From positions 18,531,418 through 18,595,417 of the forward strand of contig NC_068989.1 of the NCBI RefSeq assembly GCF_001194135.2: a DNA stretch of 64,000 bases. The letters run 5' to 3'. Of the stretch, positions 40,772 through 53,630 are shown piece by piece; the first letter of the stretch is position 1, and each line of letters begins with the position of its first letter. Under the pieces are notes generated by a model, which worked only from the letters and a program-made list of their open reading frames with translations, was not told the origin of the DNA and searched no databases. This DNA comes from Octopus bimaculoides. Its lineage: Eukaryota. Position numbers and translations under genes: made by a program.

Positions 40772-42996
40772 TACATATTTTACATAAATAAATGTTCACA
40801 TTAACGAAACAGAAGCCACAACAGTGAACCAGCAAGGTAAGGTTCACTATAAAAATGACACATCTCACCTCCCTTGTCTCCAAAGACAGGATTATTTAAA
40901 CCACCTCAGAACTTCTATTTTTAAGACAAGGAAATATAGTGTAACAAAGACACACACATGCAAGTTATAAACCAAGTTCATTATGTTAGTGTGCGTGTGG
41001 CTGAATGAGAAACAGAGAGAGAGAAAGAGAGTCATTGAGAAGAGCAGTGACAGACCTTATTGCCTATAGATTATGCAATGAAGTTTTCAAACCACAAATG
41101 AGAATCTCCACCCCTTACAATATGACTAAATTTAAAAGCTGCTTCAGAAAACAGCATATTTAAAAATATGTCAGAATATTATTCTAAAATGAAATTTTAA
41201 AATAGGAGTAAAAAAAAAAAAAGAAAAAACACACACACACAATAGTCTTGATACATATACAAATAATAGCCAGGTGAAATATAGTTGTTAAAATATGAGG
41301 AATAACTAAGTGATATAATGGTGATGGTCATTATTGTTAAATGAGGAGGAGGGGGTTGTGGCAATAGAATATTTTATAATTAGAAATATGACACAATATT
41401 TAGGTATTGTGTACTCCATTGGTTTTTTTTTTGTTTTGCATAACTTTGAAACCATCCTCATCCATGTAGTGATGTTAAGGTGCTAAGAGTATTGAACCAC
41501 AAAGTAATGAGTTCAAACCTTGTTGCTACTACACAAACCATAGTGGTGTGCTGCAATGAGCAAGGTACGTAACTCTGCTTAGCCCAGATTGATATAAAAC
41601 GGGTTCTACCATTTATGATTTAGGGGTCAAGAGGATGTAAAAATAATTATAATTGATCCCAAAACCAAGGTATGCATAGAAAGAGAGTGGGAGGAAATTA
41701 TCTAAGATACATTTTTTGTATTGTACTCTATACACGATGTAGAGTCAATTTGTGAAAAACTGATGATTCAAGTTCACCACTTTTCAGTTTCACATCTTGT
41801 GATTCCCAACACAACAAACTAATAAGTAACAAAGTGAATAATCGGCTCCAAATGTGTATATACATATGAAAACGGATAGTGGTTGTACAGTAAAAACTCC
41901 CATGGAATGAAAATTGCAGAATACTTTTTTCCATTCTTATTCCAGCAATATTTCATTAGGTATAAGCCAGCTGAGCCCATCTTCAAACCTAATCCCATTC
42001 AGTAGTCCATAAAGATCTGGACTGCATCCTTCTTTATTCTGGGAGATGGAAAAAAAAAAAAAAAAAAAAAAACTGCTTCCATAGAATAAAAGTGTCATCT
42101 AGACATGGCCCTATGGTTGATCTTTAAAAAAAAATTTTTTTTTTAATTTGCAATTGGTAATTTTTAACTGTCCAGATGTGAAAATTGCATGAAGAGATCA
42201 ACACATTGGCTCTCAAGCCTCATGTTTTATATCCAAAGATCCCAATGTATTTTAATTTCAATATGAGCATCACATTTTTGCACTATACATGTGAGGTAGG
42301 GGAACACACAGATAGTGTTTCTTTTTTCTCTCTTTTTACCCATGAGTCACTGGTGGATCTTCAGTACCTTCTGTTTTGCAAATTAAAATTTGACTTACTT
42401 AGTGTGATATGTGGGGGGAAAAAGAATTATAAAATATAGGAAAACAATGTTCAAGTGTACCATAATCATATTACCTAAGTAATCAGTGTGCCAGCCCAAA
42501 AGGCTCACAGAAAAGAAATAACAAAATGCAACAAAATTTTCATAGCTCATGTGAGAGCCAACAGGTTATTAAAAGAACCACCATATTTCATAAAACCATT
42601 AAAATAAAAATCTGTAAATCATATGCACCTTGATTGAAATTTCATTTTTCACATCTACATCAAGCTTTGTTAATTAGTATTTTATAAAAGAACCACAGTG
42701 TAATTGCTTTTTCAAGTGCTCACCATAGAAGTGGTGCAAGCAGCTCTTAATTTCTGGGAGAAAGAGAAGTAATTAAATACAGTTCCAACTGGATCTGGTC
42801 AAGGAAAAATGGAAGAGAATTTCAAAAGGAAGAATGGAAGAGAATTTCGAAAGGCATAATTCACCAAAGAGTCAACTGGCATCTTCAAATAAACTGGTTG
42901 CAACACCAATGTTTGGATCTGGGGCACCTTAACTATCCAGGAGGGCTACATTGATACAGAAAGCCAAAGGGTATCCAGGAGTCATGACCTGGATGT

Positions 42997-43381
42997 GGCT
43001 TAGCCCCCTTAAAATGTAAAGAAGGGTCAAAACACTTGCATGGGGTCTCTGAAGACTTTCTGCTGTTTAGTTCACCAGCAAAAATCTATATAGGGCTTAG
43101 CCCCCTTACAATGTAAAGAAGGGTCAAAACACTCGCATGGGGTCTCTGAAGACTTTCTGCTGTTTAGTACACCAGCAAAAATCTAGATAGGGCTTAGCCC
43201 CCTTACAATGTAAAGGGTCAAAACACTTGCATGGGGTCTCTGAAGACTTTCTGCTGTTTAGTTCACCAGCAAAAATCTAGATAGGGCTTAGCCTCCTTAT
43301 AATGTAAAGAAGGGTCAAAACACTTGCATGGGGTCTCTGAAGACATTCTGCTGTTTAGTTCACCAGCAAAAATCCAGATAG
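42997..43381. repeat. Tandem repeat, 4 x 97 bp
   Basis: Unit starts at 42997, 43094, 43191 and 43285 (third unit has a 3-bp deletion); units are nearly identical. Confidence 0.95.
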
Positions 43382-46300
43382 AAAATTGAAAGGGTTTAAC
43401 CAAACACTGATACATCAAAAACCATCAGCAAAGTATTTTGTTGACTTTCATTGTTGGCCTACATTTTTATGTTTCTCAATCAATCTGGTTCTTTAATGTC
43501 TCAAGTTCAACTCAGTGTGAATCATAAACAGGCTAAATTAATCAACTGTAGATAGCTTCTCCAAATAACCAGGGAGTTATTCTCTAGATAAACTGAAGCT
43601 AGTAGCAACCATTAGCTCAAGTCAACCTAAAAACCACGCAGATCTTTGTTTAAAGGGCATCCCATCGTTCTATTTAGTATTTCATAAATATGGCTACTTC
43701 TAGCAAGTTCCTTTTTTGTCTCAACTGAAGCCATACAATGTTTAACCCCTGGACAGTCCTGATTGAGTAAACTTATGCACAAAGATGTTCTAGCAATGAA
43801 CATCCCATCTTTTTGTATACCAGGGGGCTACACTACTTACTGTGTATTCACTTTTCCAAAATGGTATGGTAGGATTCAAGTGATATTTAACTGCTATTTT
43901 TAACCAGTTGAGCACCCAAACAAAGGTTCCAACTTTAGTTCAGCTAAGGCCGGATAACTAGGAGTGTCTTAAGAGATACCACTATGTTTTCAACACATTC
44001 ATCACACAAACTTGGTCCAATTATTTGTTGAATATTTTACCCACTACAAAACATTCACACCTGCAGAGGTAATTAGAGTTATTTGTAATAATATAAGTGT
44101 ATGTGCACTTATACAATACACCTCTCCACCATTTCATGTCCATTTTTCTACTCTTGCTTCAATGAAAAAGCTTTGTAAATTTAAATATTTGCACTTAGCT
44201 AAAACAGTCAGATACCTTCTCTATTACTGTTGCTAGTTAATACAAGCCTTGAGTTGTGATACAATGGCTGACAACAAAGAGGAGTTTCTAAACAGTTATT
44301 GCTGGTATAACAGCTAGAACCCCACTACAGGTAGTGTAGTTTTTAAATGAAGACCACACACTGGACTTCCATATTTCAGAGATGGCATGTCCATAATAAA
44401 TACAGTTGGCTATGGTTACAAAGCAGAGCAAATCAGTAATTTATTTCAACACAATGGCTATAGCCAGGATTGAAATCGGGACCATATGAATCAATAATAG
44501 TTGAACATCTTAACCCCACGACCTTCCTAATCCTTAATGACAGATGAGAGAAAAATAAAATTAGAATTACATTAAAACTCCAACAGCTGGTTTTAAAATT
44601 TTAATCACTGACCCCCCCACCTCCCCTGGCTTCTTTAAAAGCTATTTTTATAATATATGAGGTCAATGATTCTGTAATTTAGACATACATGCATTCTGAT
44701 CAAATATATTTTGCAATAAATTGCTCATTATCTAAAAATAAAAACAAGATGGTAGATTGCACAATTATAATTTACAAAACTGAAATTTGACACAAAAATA
44801 TTTCTTGAAGATAAACATTTTCACTAAGGTTTATTGGGTTGCTGCCCTTTAGCTGCTGTGACTAAAAAGGCGGTCAAGTACCAAGAAACAAGTATATGAC
44901 ACGGCACACCTCAAACTTCGACAAGGTTGATGGCACACTGGCAAAGCAGCCTTACTGCAGTTGGTAGTAGTAAAAGGACTAGCAGTAGAAATGTTTGATT
45001 CAAGTCAAAGTAATACATGTCCCTTTCAGACAGTTATGTGATAACTGTTCATAAAATTTTACTTAAAGTTATTACAGGAAATAGCAAATAGTAGCAGTAC
45101 GCATTTGACACAGACCAGAAAAAAAAGGCATCTTTCTACCACACCAAAGTTTAAATCCATCTGAGTCTAATTGTTGTCTTTTGATACAAGGTCAATAACA
45201 TAAGTACCACTAATATTCTATTAAGAATAAACCTTTAAAAAGAAACTGTTGTTAACAAATATTTAATGTAATTATATCTTATGTGATAACTGTTCATAAA
45301 ATCTTACTTTATTCCTTACAATATAACCAATATATTACAAATGTAATCCCACTGCATGTCTATAGATTAAAGTAATCAAGTACTACAAGTGTGTAGATTT
45401 AGATCTTAGACACTATTTATACATATGGTTAAGACTTGACACAAAAAGTTAGACTGAATACCAGTAAGAAACTAAGTAACTCAATCACATGGCAAAATTT
45501 AACAACCAAGAAAAGCTTTCTCATTCTTACACAAATGCAAAATTGACAATCCACACCAAAGTACATCTTGCATCAATTGAACAACCTACTTATAATTTAA
45601 GTGATTGAGTATTTCATAGACATTCGTACCTTCAATGTAATCCTCAAGTAGAATCTGCATGGCACTGTAAATGACAAGATCAGGCTTCTAATTCATGAAT
45701 ATCATGCATCCAACAGACAGCCAGCCTCAAGATTTTGACCAACCACAGCCATGCAGTAGGATTGAACCTGGAAACATTGTGATTGCGAAGCAAACTTCAA
45801 AATCAAACCGATATCTATCATCATCATACCCCTCAGGCCGGACATAAATTATGTGCATAAAAATATACATGTCCTGAGTGACAACAGAGTGGAACCTACA
45901 AAAGGCAGAATATGTGACGTATGCATGTTGTGGAACACAAAGTTACAAATTATTTAAACGATATAAAGACCTAAATTGTCAATATATCAATGTAAACAAT
46001 TGCAAATGCAACAAACTCAACCCATTTGATATTTTTTTAGTGATTAGATGAGGAATATAACAGCGCTAGTATGGGGCCGCAATTAGGGAGATTTAGTTGA
46101 AGAACACAGTCTCTATCAACTAACTTAAGCATTTTAGCATTTCATTCTATTACAGAAGTATGTAAAACAGAATTGAGACAAGCAAGGGTTATAAGTGAAA
46201 GGTGCATCTAAATGACTTATGTATTAACTGACTGCTCAAATTTGTTCGTTATGTTAATGAATAGAAAATGAAGATGGAAAGAGAGAGAGATGTACTTTGA

Positions 46301-46597
46301 AGTGTTGCACCAAACTATATCAACATCATGAAGAGACAAGAGTTTATGCTTGAACCAATACTGAAAACAAAAGATATTTGATGATTAACACATGGAAGAT
46401 GGCAGCTAGAGTCATTTAACTAAACCCCAGATATTACTTTTCAGTGAGGCATTAAATGGACACACATTTGGCACTGATGGAATTGGAAAGAATTTTAACT
46501 TTCAAGAAGTTGAAGGAAAAAAAAAAAAAATTGTTAAAACCTGCAAAAGAAATGGAGGATGAGGTAGGATGAAGACAGAGAGGAAAACAGTAACAGA

Positions 46598-46816
46598 CTA
46601 TGTCACTAACTCTGTCTCCATTCTCATACTATTACTATCGTCATGGAAACCTGGCATGGGTTTCAAAAGTTCATCATTTGACTTCTCGTCGTACATTTGA
46701 TTGGATTCGGTGTCTGTGTTCTGCATAGGTGGAATATTCTCACTGTCTTGATTGTCATCCCAGTCAATCTTGAACCGGGTCACCCTTGGACATGTGGCCA
46801 AAATATTACGTTGTAA
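46598..46816 (-). CDS. ASF1: Histone chaperone ASF1, last coding exon
   Basis: Acceptor cttttactcttctag; LQRNILATCPRVTRFKIDWDD (compare human LQRNILASNPRVTRFHINWED) followed by an acidic tail and TAG at 46598. Confidence 0.94.
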   Translation of the reverse strand, partial: LQRNILATCPRVTRFKIDWDDNQDSENIPPMQNTDTESNQMYDEKSNDELLKPMPGFHDDSNSMRMETELVT

Positions 46817-47336
46817 CTAGAAGAGTAAAAGAGGAAAAACAAAATGGAATAAAAATAACTTTGCTACAGTAAATATATTAAAACTTCAAGATGATAATAC
46901 TACACCATCCTGCTCTACCGAGTTGAAAACAAATGATATAAACCCATAATTAGTGTCAAAAAATACACTTGTACCCTACTGTGTCAAATGACACATACAC
47001 ATGTGACTGGGCTTCTGTCAGTTTCTTTTCAACAAAACCACCCACAAAGCTTTGGTTGACTCAAGACTAATTATAGTACAATGCAATGGGACTGAACCCA
47101 GGACCATGTAGCTGGAAAGCAAACTTCTTACCACACAACCACGTCTGCACTCCATTGCGTTTAAGTTAGCTTTGCAGCTGCATGGTTTTTGGGTCTGGTC
47201 ATACAGCACAGCACTGACCAAGTATTGTAGCTACAGCTTGACCAATGACTTTTGAGTGAAATGCACTACAACAAAAATATGTAGAAGCTTGTCATATGCG
47301 TTTGTGTAAAGATGGATCCCTTTGTGTCAAAGGTAA

Positions 47337-47488
47337 CAGCTATTTGATTACTAGCGTCTGGTAGCCCAGCCTAAAGAGAAATAAAAATATATACAACCAT
47401 TAAAAACAAACATACATGTGAAATTACCATGCAAGCTTCATCTGTTAGAAATAACAGCTAAATCTCTCTCAAATTATATTGTGTCACT
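47337..47488 (-). pseudogene. Partial duplicate of the ASF1 exon-3 5' end and its upstream intron/acceptor
   Basis: Aligns to 47857-48007 at an offset of about 520 bp; the acceptor ttttatttctctttag is retained. Confidence 0.85.
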
Positions 47489-47716
47489 AAAACTCTTAAA
47501 GTTAGTGCACCAGCATAGCCACAGTGCAATCACGGAAACCAGTCAATATGTCAACCATGAGAGAAATATCTCGATGAGTGATGAGAGCGGTTGACCATCC
47601 AATTCACTTAGCCACTCAATTCTCATATCAATACAGAAATAAATTCTTTTGCATCATTTTCAACAGAAAACAAATACGTTGCATTACAAAAAAATAAATG
47701 TACATAATAAACCAAC

Positions 47717-47893
47717 CTTATCATAGACTGGCATGTCTGGAGGTGTTTCTTTCAGCTCAGGATCGCTGTATTCATTATTAACATAGTAACCAACCCGGAT
47801 AAATTCCTTACTTTTGTATGAACAGGTCAGCAACACAACAGTTACACCGACTGCATCAGCTATTGGAATTTTACTCGTGTCTGGTGGCCCAGC
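47717..47893 (-). CDS. ASF1: Histone chaperone ASF1, internal exon (equivalent to vertebrate exon 3; 177 nt, phase 0-0)
   Basis: AGPPDTSKIPIADAVGVTVVLLTCSYKSKEFIRVGYYVNNEYSDPELKETPPDMPVYDK carries the ASF1 signature DAVGVTVVL.TC.Y...EFIRVGYYVNNEY. Acceptor ttttctttag, donor AAG|gttggt. Too short to appear in the ORF track. Confidence 0.96.
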
Positions 47894-48036
47894 CTAAAGA
47901 AAAAGAAAAATATATACAAACATTAGAAACAAGCATACATGTAGTGAAATTACCAAGCTTAATCTGTTAGAAATAGCTAAATCCCTCTCAAATTATATCC
48001 TGTCACTTCCTGTAGCTCAGCACCCACCTTTATCAA

Positions 48037-50387
48037 CATCATCAGTGTTTAACGTCCGTTTTCCATGCTAACATGGGTTGGACAGTTCGACCAGGGCCTG
48101 GGAAGCCAGGAGGCTGCACCAGGCTCCAGTCTGATCTGGTAGTGTTTCTACAGCTGGATGCCCTTCCTAACGCCAACCAGCCTGTGAGTGTAGTAGGTGC
48201 TTTTTAGGTGCCACCAGCGCAGAGGCCAGAGGAGGCTGGCAACGGCCACAATTGGTTGATGCTTTTTACGTGCCACTGGCACGGAAGCCAGTCAAGGCAG
48301 CGCTGGCATCGGCCACGTTCAGATGGTGCTTTTTAGGTGCCACCAGCACAGGTATCACAACTACAATTTCCATTTGATTTTNNNNNNNNNNAGGTGCCAC
48401 CAGCACAGGTATCACAACTACAATTTCCATTTGATTTTCATTTTGATGTTTATGTACTTGACTCAGTAGGTCTCCTCAAGCACAGCAGGTCGCCCTACAA
48501 TCCAAGGTACGTTTGAATGGGCTGTGGCTGGTTATGCGAAACTGGTGTAGGATACAGCCATGAACTCACTTTATTTGCCAGGTCTTTGCAGTCACAGCAT
48601 ATCTCCAGAGGTCTCAGTCTTTCATCATTGCCTCTGTGAGGCCCAACGTTCGAAGGTTATGCTTGACCACCTCATCCCATGTCTTCTTGGGTCTACCTCT
48701 ACTCCGGNNNNNNNNNNNNNNNNNNNNNNNNNNNNNNNNNNNNNNNNNNNNNNNNNNNNNNNNNNNNNNNNNNNNNNNNNNNNNNNNNNNNNNNNNNNNN
48801 NNNNNNNNNNNNNNNNNNNNNNNNNNNNNNNNNNNNNNNNNNNNNNNNNNNNNNNNNNNNNNNNNNNNNGTGCACACTGACATTACACATCCAGCGGATC
48901 ATGCTAGCTTCATTTCTTTCAAGCCTACGCATGTCCTCCGCAGTCACGGCCCATGTTTCACTGCTGTGAAGCATGGCAGTTCGCACACATGCATCCTACA
49001 ATCTACCTTTCACTCTGAGCGAGAGGCCCTTTGTCACCAGTAGGGGTAGAAGCTTTCTAAACTTTGCCCAGGCTATTCTTATTCTAGTGGTAACACTCTC
49101 TGAGCATCCACACCCACTACTAACTTGGTCACCTAGGTAGCGGAAGCTATCAACTACTTCTAGTTTCTTCCCCTGGAGTGTGATGGAATCTGTTTTCTGA
49201 GCATCTGTGGTGTTTATTGCCCCTATGCATCTGCCACACGCGAAAGCTATCTTCTCAGTTAATCTTCCTTTGATGTTGCTGCACCTCTTGTGTGTCCATA
49301 GCTTACACTGGGTACATCTTATGGAGTTTCTACCTACACCTTTTCTACAGACTGAGCAGGGCCACCTACCTGAGGGTGTGTGTGATGAGTTCGCCTTCTT
49401 ATTTACTAGAACTGTGGTCTTTGCTACATTGACTCTAGGGCTTTTTGATTCTAAACCTTGCTTCCACACCTGAAATTTCTTCTCTAGTTCTGGTAGTGAT
49501 TCTGCTATGAGGACCAGGTCATCAGCATAGAGGAGCTCTCAGGGGCAACCCGTCTTGAATTCCTGTTATTGCCTGGAGGACTATGATGAATAAAAGGGGA
49601 CTGAAGGCTGAACCTTGGCGGACCCCTACTTCTACCCGGAATTCTTCACTACACTCATTGCCAATCCTAACCTTACTAACAGCCTCTCTGTATAGGGCCT
49701 GTACAGCCCTTATTAACCATTCTTCAATCCCAGTTTCCACATCACCCACCAGATAAGTGATCAAGGGACCCTGTCAAAGGCTTTCTCCAAGTCCACAAAA
49801 GCTAAGTATAGGAGTTTATCTTTAGTTAGATATTTCTCCTGCAGTTATCGAACCAGGAATATGGCATCAGTGGTGCTTCTAGCCGGCACAAAACCGAACT
49901 GCATCTCATCTAAGCAGACTCTCTCCCGAATGAGATGGTCGATGACCCTCTCCATGACCATCACCTGATCCAGCAGTTTGATACCCCTGTAGTTATTTCT
50001 ATCTAAAGCATCACCTTTACCCATGTAGCAGTTGACTATGGTGCTGCTATGCCAGTCATTGGATATGACTATCATGAACTACCTGGTTTACAATGCCTGT
50101 GACTAGGCCATAGCCCACACCACCGGATGTTTTAAGCATCTCAGCAGTGATTCCTGATGGACTGGGGTCTTTTCCTGGCTTCATACTCTTAACTGCTTTG
50201 TCTACCAGGGTGCTGTCTATTCAGATAGCTGGTCCCTCTACTGGGTCAACATTTGGCAGGTTCTCTTCTTCCCATTCATTCTCCACGTTCAGCAGTCTTT
50301 CATAATGGCTTCTCCAAGCCTCTTTTCCGAATCATTAAAAGCAAGTACACCATCATCCATGCAGACACATTTCTCTCCCGTGACATC
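48037..50387 (-). mobile_element. RTE-clade LINE, 5'-truncated, degraded RT ORF plus 3'UTR and (GAT)n-type tail
   Basis: YRGIKLL, QFGFVP.RSTTDAIF, VGVRQGS..SPLLF, LLYADD (49518-49529), YLGD, RGRPKKTW motifs with frameshifts; continuous with the GGACGTTAAAC tail. Confidence 0.9.
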
Positions 50388-52353
50388 NNNNNNNNNNNNN
50401 NNNNNNNNNNNNNNNNNNNNNNNNNNNNNNNNNNNNNNNNNNNNNNNNNNNNNNNNNNNNNNNNNNNNNNNNNNNNNNNNNNNNNNNNNNNNNNNNNNNN
50501 NNNNNNNNNNNNNNNNNNNNNNNNNNNNNNNNNNNNNNNNNNNNNNNNNNNNNNNNNNNNNNNNNNNNNNNNNNNNNNNNNNNNNCATTAGCTCATGTTT
50601 CTGCTCACTGAAAATAACTTTATTTTAAAATTATTCCCGTCTTCAAAAGTATTAACGAGTGTAAAAAAGTTTGTACTCAGACAGAATGCAATGTAATATT
50701 ATTAGAGATGTATTTGCATAGCAAGTGACCTGATCTGAGATCGTGTGCCGAAACAAAAACAATTGCAGCGTGGAAGGTGTTTATAAGCTATTTAAAAACA
50801 CACAAAAACCGTTAGATTCACTTCAACATTTAAATTTAATTTGCCGAAATATTTTCGTCGCTTTTGAAACCGCGACCTGTTGACAAAATTCTGTGCTGCA
50901 TCCTCAGTACGCTGCAGATGTAATATTAAATAACATTAAAATACTGTTTCCTAAAAAAATCCTCAAACCCAATGAGTATACTGGGTGAGAGGTCGTGATA
51001 CTGAACCACGAGTTCTTACACTATGTAATAAGAGTAAGTTCAAGCTATGAAACCCGCAAACTAATGTTTAAGATACGAGGGGCAAAAAACGCAAATGAGA
51101 ACTGAATTAAAACAAAAAAATATATATACAAGGGAGATAATTATGTAAAACTATATTCTGATTTATCCCCCTTACTTTTCAACGTTTTAGTCATAAAAAC
51201 TTTTGTCGCTAACAGTTACAATGGAAATGTATCGCACTTCGTGCGGCGAAAACGCCGACTCCCAAATAATGTTTAAGTGAAGTTAAAAGTTTCTGTGTGC
51301 TTTTGAATAGCTAAAATAAATTTTCCACGCTGTAAATTGTTTCAACACAATCTCGGATCAAATTACTTGCCAGATAAATACATCCTTGGATTTCCAAAAG
51401 GCTAGTGGATACTATTTTCACTCTCGCTATGGTAAAACATCACCAACAAACGGATTTGTTAAACAGTTCAGTTGACGCAGACACAACCTTAAATAAAAAG
51501 ACTGTGTTAAACAATATAGTTACTGATATACGATTATCACAACTAGACTATGTCAGCAGTATATTTTAACGACGCCTGAGACAAGACAAAGTTTATCTAG
51601 AGAAGGCTGATCTCAGGAATTTAAATCTCATGGAGATGACAAAGGACTGGGATATCTGGCGATATGTGGTACTCAAGAAAACCCACCCATGTCAGTAAAA
51701 CTGAAGTTCCGAAAGCAAAATGCCTGATACAAAATTGCGCCCCCCTCCCCCGCTTAATTTCCTCATCAAATCTTCCCTCCACCCCTCTTCTCTATCACTG
51801 ATTTCTCCCTCACTTGCCAAATGCTGTTTTCTGCAAATGACGGTAGAGCTACATATTAACATACCTTTTTGTTTTTCTTTTTTTGTTTTTTTTTTTTTGT
51901 TTTGTGATACCAGCTACCATTCTCACTATTGCAAACCATTTCAATAGAGTTCCATCATCATCATCATCGTTTAACGGCCGCTTTCTATGCTAGCATGGGT
52001 TGGACGATTTGACTGAGGACTGGCGAACCAGATGGCTACACCAGGCTCCAATCTGATTTGGCAGAGATTCTACAGCTGGATGCCCTTCCTAACGCCAACC
52101 ACTCCGAGAGTGTAGTGAGTGCTTTTACGTGCCACCGGCACGAGGNNNNNNNNNNNNNNNNNNNNNNNNNNNNNNNNNNNNNNNNNNNNNNNNNNNNNNN
52201 NNNNNNNNNNNNNNNNNNNNNNNNNNNNNNNNNNNNNNNACCTGCACAGGAGCCAGTCCAGCGGCACTGGCAACCACCTCGCTCGAATGCTTTCCATCGT
52301 TCGTTATTAAACTGTCCCTCTTCACTCACATTGATTATTCCATTCTTCTAAGC

Positions 52354-52630
52354 CAGGGGTTTTCAAACTGTGGTCCGCAAGGACAAGACAGGGGGTCCGT
52401 AGACAGTAAATACTTTTTATGGGTAATTTGATTTTATATATGTTTTTTAATCGAAATCTTTTAATTGACAATAAACCTATTTGTTAAATACTGTTAAATA
52501 AATAAATGTAAAAATATGATATTCTAAGCAAATATTTATGTATAAATTTCATAAGCGTTTATAAGGGGGTCCCTAAGGTAAAGCCTGAAATATAAAGGGG
52601 TCCGCAAGTCAAAAAGTTTGAAAATCCCTG
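52354..52630. mobile_element. hAT-type MITE, 277 bp
   Basis: 16-bp TIR CAGGG(G/A)TTTTCAAACT (1 mismatch); exact 8-bp TSD TTCTAAGC at 52346-52353 and 52631-52638. Confidence 0.9.
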
Positions 52631-53465
52631 TTCTAAGCAACCAAATAATCTCTCCTCCCCTGAAGCACTTCCTATTGATTTGCTTATATCACCATACATC
52701 TCTCACTTTCTCCTCATGCACTACATGTATCTCTCTTCACGCTTTTGCAGCCTACCCACACATCATCTCTTTCCCTCAGTCCCACTGCTCTTCATCCTCT
52801 TATATGCCAACCAGCATCTACTCCCCAACTCTCCTTCACTCCTATATCCCTCCCAATCTAGTCCTCATTTACTGAAGCTGAAAGAAATCTGTCCATCCAA
52901 CAACATATCTACTCTCACTAGACTTGTTCATCAGTCAGTATATTCTCACCCCAACCCCATTTTTTTAACATCCCTCATTGCTACCTCTATCCAGCCACCC
53001 TTCCTGTTATGCCCAACCAGGGCCCACCCTGACACCCCATTACCATCATCTTTATTTCTCTTCCCAGCCCCACACCAATTACTCCCATCCACTCTGGTAT
53101 AACTTGAGCAGCCATGTATCTTTTCTACAGCAAGGAACCTAGTTTGTCCCCTTCCTTCATACACTAACCTTTCATCACTTAATACAAAGCTACCTCCTTC
53201 TGTAGTGTAGCCTCCACTCAGTTAATGGGAATCCTTATCTTGCAACCTACATGGTAGAATCATTAATGTTGGGCTACAGCATTTAACGTCCTTTTTTCAT
53301 GCTGGCATGAGTTGGGCAGTTTGACAAGAGCTGGCAAGCCAGAAAGCTGCACCAAGTTCCAGTTGTCCGTTTTGGCATGTTTTCTACAACTGGATGCCCT
53401 TCCCAACACCAACCACTTTAAAGAGTGTACTAGGTGTGTTTTATGTGGTGCCAGCATGGGGGAAT

Positions 53466-53502
<37 letters not shown>

Positions 53503-53630
53503 CTCCAGGTTCGGTGATTATGTGAATAAGGGGTCCAACGTAGGTCATATATCAGCGTGTGAATATAAGGATTTCATAATGAGATAAAAAACCAGGGCTG
53601 TGTATAATATAGAACATTTATAAATAAACG

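Noticed and set aside
48335-48440. Direct repeat on both sides of a 10-N gap
   Set aside because: Identical sequence flanking a nominal gap indicates an unmerged contig overlap.
50840-50915. Alternative hammerhead fold using CTGAGGA at 50901-50907 (- strand)
   Set aside because: Stem I cannot form with the sequence after the UUC triplet.
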